Shown here: in pieces, positions 57,157-64,000 of the stretch | Layout: each line of letters opens with the position of its first letter | Position numbering within the stretch: position 1 is the stretch's first letter | Source of the DNA: the human T2T-CHM13v2.0 reference genome, Homo sapiens | DNA length: 64,000 nt | Strand: one strand, 5' to 3' | Assembly (NCBI RefSeq): GCF_009914755.1 | Contig: NC_060944.1 | Program-made: the position numbers and the translations under genes | Notes under the pieces: generated by a model | What the model was told of the DNA's origin: nothing | What the model saw: the letters and a program-made list of their open reading frames with translations, nothing else | Database searches by the model: none

Positions 57157-57418
57157 TTTTAGGGCTTGGATTTCAAGGTAGCAGCCCAGCAGCCAAATCA
57201 AAATTCTAAAAACAAACAACAACAACAACAACAAAAAGAGAGAGAGAGATAAAATAAAACCACAGTATTATATAGAAATTAAAGATTTCTTTAATTTCAT
57301 AACCTATCTTTTCAACAAAAGTCAATGTAAATATCACAAGTTATCAAGTCAGCATTGGCATCTTTAGAGAATGTTAAAACAGGGTTTTCATTAAGTCTAC
57401 AAAGATTATCTTTTCTGA

Positions 57419-57723
57419 TTTTTTTTTTTTTTTTTTTTGAGACAGGGTCTCACTCTGTCACCCAGGCTGGAGTGCAGTAACAGATCATAGCTCACTGCAG
57501 CTCAACCTCCTAGGCTCAAGCAATCCTCCCACCTCAGGCTCCCAAGTAGCTGGGACCACAGGCGCATGCCACCACATCTGGATAATTTTTTTGTATTTTT
57601 TTTGGTAGAGATGGGGTTTCACCATGTTGCCCAGGCTAGTCTTGAACTTCTGGGCTCAAGCGATCCACCCGCCTGAGCCTCCCAAAGTGCTGAGATTACA
57701 AGCATGAGCCACTGCCCCCAGCC
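57419..57723 (-). mobile_element. AluJ-like
   Basis: Reverse Alu. Confidence 0.92.
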
Positions 57724-58119
57724 TTTTTTGAGATTTTAGGCCACTCATCAGCAAGCATTCAAAGATTGTAGAAGCAAAACTCACAGACTTATACAAGCAT
57801 CACTTAAGAATCATAAAACTGTCACTTTAAGCCTTAGAGCCCTCTCTATACCTTCATTCTTAATTCTGTCCAGATTAATTAACATCAGGTCACACTATCT
57901 GCATATGCTTAGAGCCCAAAACAAAATATTTTGTACACATACAAAATACAAGACCCGCTTTTCTAACAGGATTTCAAATTTAGCTTTTTAAACTTGACAA
58001 AGTTTTAGGTGTAAGTTTTTTTCCTATTTTATCCATAATATCTATACATTATATTTTTCATTAAATTTTCAGTTTAAGTCTTGAAATATTTACTGTAGAT
58101 ATAAAACTTATGCATGGAA

Positions 58120-60640
58120 CTTGCATGGTGGTGCATGCCGGTGGTCCCAGCTATTCAGGTGACTAAAGCAGGAGGATCACTTGAGGTCAAGAGTTTGAGG
58201 TTACAGTGAGCTATGATCATGCCACTGCAATCCAGTCTGGGCAAGAAAGCTAGATCCTGTCTCTAAAAAAAATAATAATAAAGCCATAAGAGAAAAGATT
58301 GATAAGTTCAAATGCAAAAAAAAATCAATTCTGCAAAGCAAAAAACATTGTAAGTCAAAAAAACAACAAACTAAGAAAAAAATACTTGCAATCATATCAG
58401 TGATAAAAGAACAAATCTCCCTATATAGAATGATATAGAAAAAAATATGCATAGGTATGTGTATGTATATGTGCTTATACAGGCACATAAAATAAAAAGA
58501 TCAATTTGGACAAATGTATAAAAATGGACACAGAATATGATCAGAAAATTCACAGAAAAAGAAATACAAACGAACATTCAACATATGAAAAGATGTTTAC
58601 CCTCACACAAAAGAAGCAAAAAACAATTTTTCACTCATCAGATTAGCAAAACTCCAAAAATTTGATAATTTACTGTTCCCAGCAAGGTTATGGTGAAACA
58701 GGCACTCTTATTCATTGCTGGCGGTAGTGCAAATTGGTACACCAGCAATTAAGTAATGTCTTTCAAAATCACAATTACAAGCTGGGTGTGCTGGCACACA
58801 CCTGTAATCCTGGGTACTTGAGAGGCTAAGACAGGAGGACTACTTGAGGCCAGGAGTTCAAGGCTGTGGTGAGCTATAATAGCATCTGTAAATAGCCACT
58901 GCACTCAAGTCTGGGCAACACAGTGAAACTTCATCTCTTAAAAAAAATTACAATTGCATAAACTATTAACCTAGCAATTCCACTTCTGGATAGCAATCCT
59001 ACAGATACACTTATCATCATATAAGATGACGTATGTATAGTGTTATGCACTACAGCACTGCTTGTAATAGAAAAGTTAGGAAATTACCCAGATGTCCATC
59101 AATGGGACTGATTTAAATTATAGAACATCCTTAAAAATGAAATGCAAAAAAAAAGAAACACAGCAAGAAGGAAAATGCTGTCTGTGTACTGACACAAAAA
59201 GATCTCCAAGATATATTTTTGAGAGAAAAAAAACAGAGTAAACCATTGAGTACCTTGTGCTACTTTTTTTGGGGAAAGGGGAGAAAAAATATTTTATACA
59301 TGCTAGTGCTAAAATACTCTAGAAAGAAATATAAGACCAATAAAAATGGTTATCTTACAAGGTGAATTTAAAAAATGATGTTATACCAGAGGGAAGGAAG
59401 CACTCACACTAATGAGGAGTGTGTTACAAGAACACAGGAGCCAGTTTTAAGGGTTTTCCACTGGGCAAATTTGAGACAATTTGAGTACCAAAAGAGAATA
59501 ATTACTAAAATTGATATCATGAATAAGAATCCATGAATCTCCAGCAATAACTCAGAGAGTGAAAAACTTTAAAAAAAAACACTTCTTCCCATCATTGGAG
59601 GTAACTATGACATTAATGACTTATTCTGAAGATTGATAATTAAAGAGAAAGAAATAAGCAATTTACAGCCTTTTTAGAAGGGTTCATCCTCGGTAGAGCG
59701 GCAAAGCTCTCTTACAGAAGACTACCAGTTAATAAATGTAGAAGCAAAGAAAGAATTTCAAAATCACCATTTTGCAACCCCAAATGAAATAAATGATTCA
59801 GGCAAGGACGATCACAGGTTGCTAAAAATCATTTTTGCATGATCGAAAATTGTTGGAAAACAGGTTACCACAGTGCCAAAGGATCATTCCAGAGATTACT
59901 TCCGAATTGCAAAGGGGAAAAACTGAGTACCATTATAATGGGAAGATGTGACAGTCACCAGCTTAACCTAGTGATCAAACTCAGCAACAATCAGAGTGAG
60001 ACTCTTCATTTATGCCTCTTGATGTGATGTAACTTTAAATACACAGACTAAGTTATGATGTATTATTACCAAAAGTGCCTAACCTAGGTCTAAACAAGTC
60101 TTCAACGTAATTTCTCCTTCACAGGAATTCAAGAGATAGAGCAACAAGAAAAATCACAAGAAAACGTAATCTGACAGAACTAGAATATGGAACTTGCTAC
60201 AATAAAACTGGTCTGGTCTCTTCAAAAAGCCAAAATCTTGGGGGAAAAAATAGGGGAAGGATAGAGTTCTAGATTAAAAGAGACTGAAAGTCACAACAAC
60301 CAACTGCAATGCAGAAATGTTACTCAGATCTGGTTTGAAGAAAACAGTTTGAAATAATTTTTTAGGCAGCTGGGGGAAACTGAATGTGAACTGAGTAGAA
60401 GGTATTAGGGCATTATTTTTAATTTTCTTGGGTGTGGTAATGTTATTTGTAATTAGGTAGAGAATGTTCTTTATTCTTAGAAGATGCATGCTAAAGCACA
60501 GGGTTATAAAGTGTCATTATGTCTGCAGCTTGTTTTCAAATTATTCAACAAAGGTAGATATTACAAATATGGCAAAATGTTAACACTTGTTTAAACTACA
60601 TGGTCTTCATGGTATTATTGTTTCAACTTTTCTATATGTT
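58120..60640 (+). mobile_element. Old L1M fragments with two FRAM-like monomers (58120-58272, 58780-58947)
   Basis: ggcactcttattcattgctgg, cctagcaattccacttctgg, aatatggcaaaatgttaac. Confidence 0.7.
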
Positions 60641-60643
60641 TGA

Positions 60644-61477
60644 ATTTTTTTTTTTTTTTTTTTTTTTTTGAGACAGAGTCTTGCTCTGTCACCTAGGCTA
60701 GAGTGCGGTGGCATGATCACAGCTCACAGCAGCTTCAAACTCCTGGGCTCAAGTAACCTCCCACCTCAGCCCCAGAGTAGCTGGGACTACAGGTGCACAA
60801 CCACCATGCCCAGCTAATTTTTTGATTATTTGTAGAGATAGGGTCTCCCTATGTTGCCCAGGCTTATCTCAAACTCCTAGGCTCAAGCAATCCTCCTGCC
60901 TCGGCCTCCCAAAGTGCTGGGATTATAGGTGTGAGCCACCGCACCCGACCTGAAATATTTCATATTAAAAAAGTTAGAACCAGGTATAGCGGCTCATGCT
61001 TGTAATCCCATCACTCTGGGGGTGCTGAGGAGGGCAGATTGCTTGAGCCCAGGAGTTTGAGATCAGCCTGGGCAACATGGTGAAATCCTGCCTCTACAAA
61101 AAAATACAAAAAATTAGCTAGGTGTGGTAGTGTGTGCCTGTAGTCCCAGCTACTCAGAAGGCTGAGGTGAGAGAATCACTTGAGCCCGGGAGGCAGAGAT
61201 TACAGCGAGCTGTGATTGTGCCACTGAGCTCCAGCCTGAGCCTATAAGTTCGAGACCAGCCCAGGCAACACAGTGAGATATTGTTTCAACTAAAAAAAAT
61301 AAATAAAAAATTGACTGGGTTTTGTAGCTACTCAGGAGACTGAATTGGGAGGATCACTTGAGCTGAGGAGACTGAGGCTGCAGTGTGCCATGATCAGCAT
61401 TCCAGCATGCCGGAATTCCACTGCTTTCCAGCCTGGGCAAAAAAGCTAGCATCCCGTCTCAAATTAAAAAAAAAAAA
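60644..61477. mobile_element. Alus: 60644-60950(-), 60980-61242(+), 61247-61477(+, partial)
   Basis: Alu consensus. Confidence 0.9.
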
Positions 61478-61759
61478 GGTTGGAAGAAAAAGACCATAAA
61501 GGTCCATGGGAGCTGAGGGTGAGATCGAGACTTCTCACTATGTATCTTTTTGAATAATGTTTTTCTTTTGAACCATGTGAATATATTACCTATTGAAAAC
61601 AAAAGTTAGCTATAAATAAAACCTCTTAAACGCTTAGTATCAATATTTCTACTCTTACCCCATCTCAGATATGCAACAACAAAAATGTCTCCTGCTTTTT
61701 ATCTCCTTTTTTGAAGGGGGCTCCTCTGGCTACATTTCCCCACGAGTCATTTGACTCAT

Positions 61760-64000
<2,241 letters not shown>

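Larger units (their letters stand above)
57092..57205 (-). other. NCOA6: NCOA6 non-coding 5'UTR exon (114 nt)
   Basis: Acceptor (ttg)n ttgtttttag at 57206-7, strong donor TTG|GTGAGT at 57091-0; unique sequence about 10 kb upstream of first coding exon. Confidence 0.8.

Overview
Primate, almost certainly human, genomic DNA containing most of NCOA6 (nuclear receptor coactivator 6; ASC-2/NRC/RAP250/PRIP) on the minus strand. I traced one 5'UTR exon (57092-57205) and ten coding exons with GT-AG boundaries, from the ATG at 47002 down to 1332. They join into 5962 nt of continuous frame; the promoter and the last exons lie outside the window. Introns are dense in Alu (roughly 60 copies), old L1, L2, MIR, MER DNA transposons and one ERV1-type solo LTR. 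Most short ORFs in the supplied track are Alu read-throughs or antisense shadows of exons. I found no new multi-gene system. The best leads are regulatory and structural: (1) four uORFs in the spliced leader, including an exon-spanning one that overlaps the main ATG and starts on the stop of uORF1 (AUGA); (2) candidate poison exons and a recursive-splice-like site; (3) long T runs at the acceptors of the only two frame-shifting internal exons; (4) a young AluYb8-type insertion; (5) several templated-insertion or duplication scars. Repeat boundaries and subfamily names were judged by eye and are approximate.
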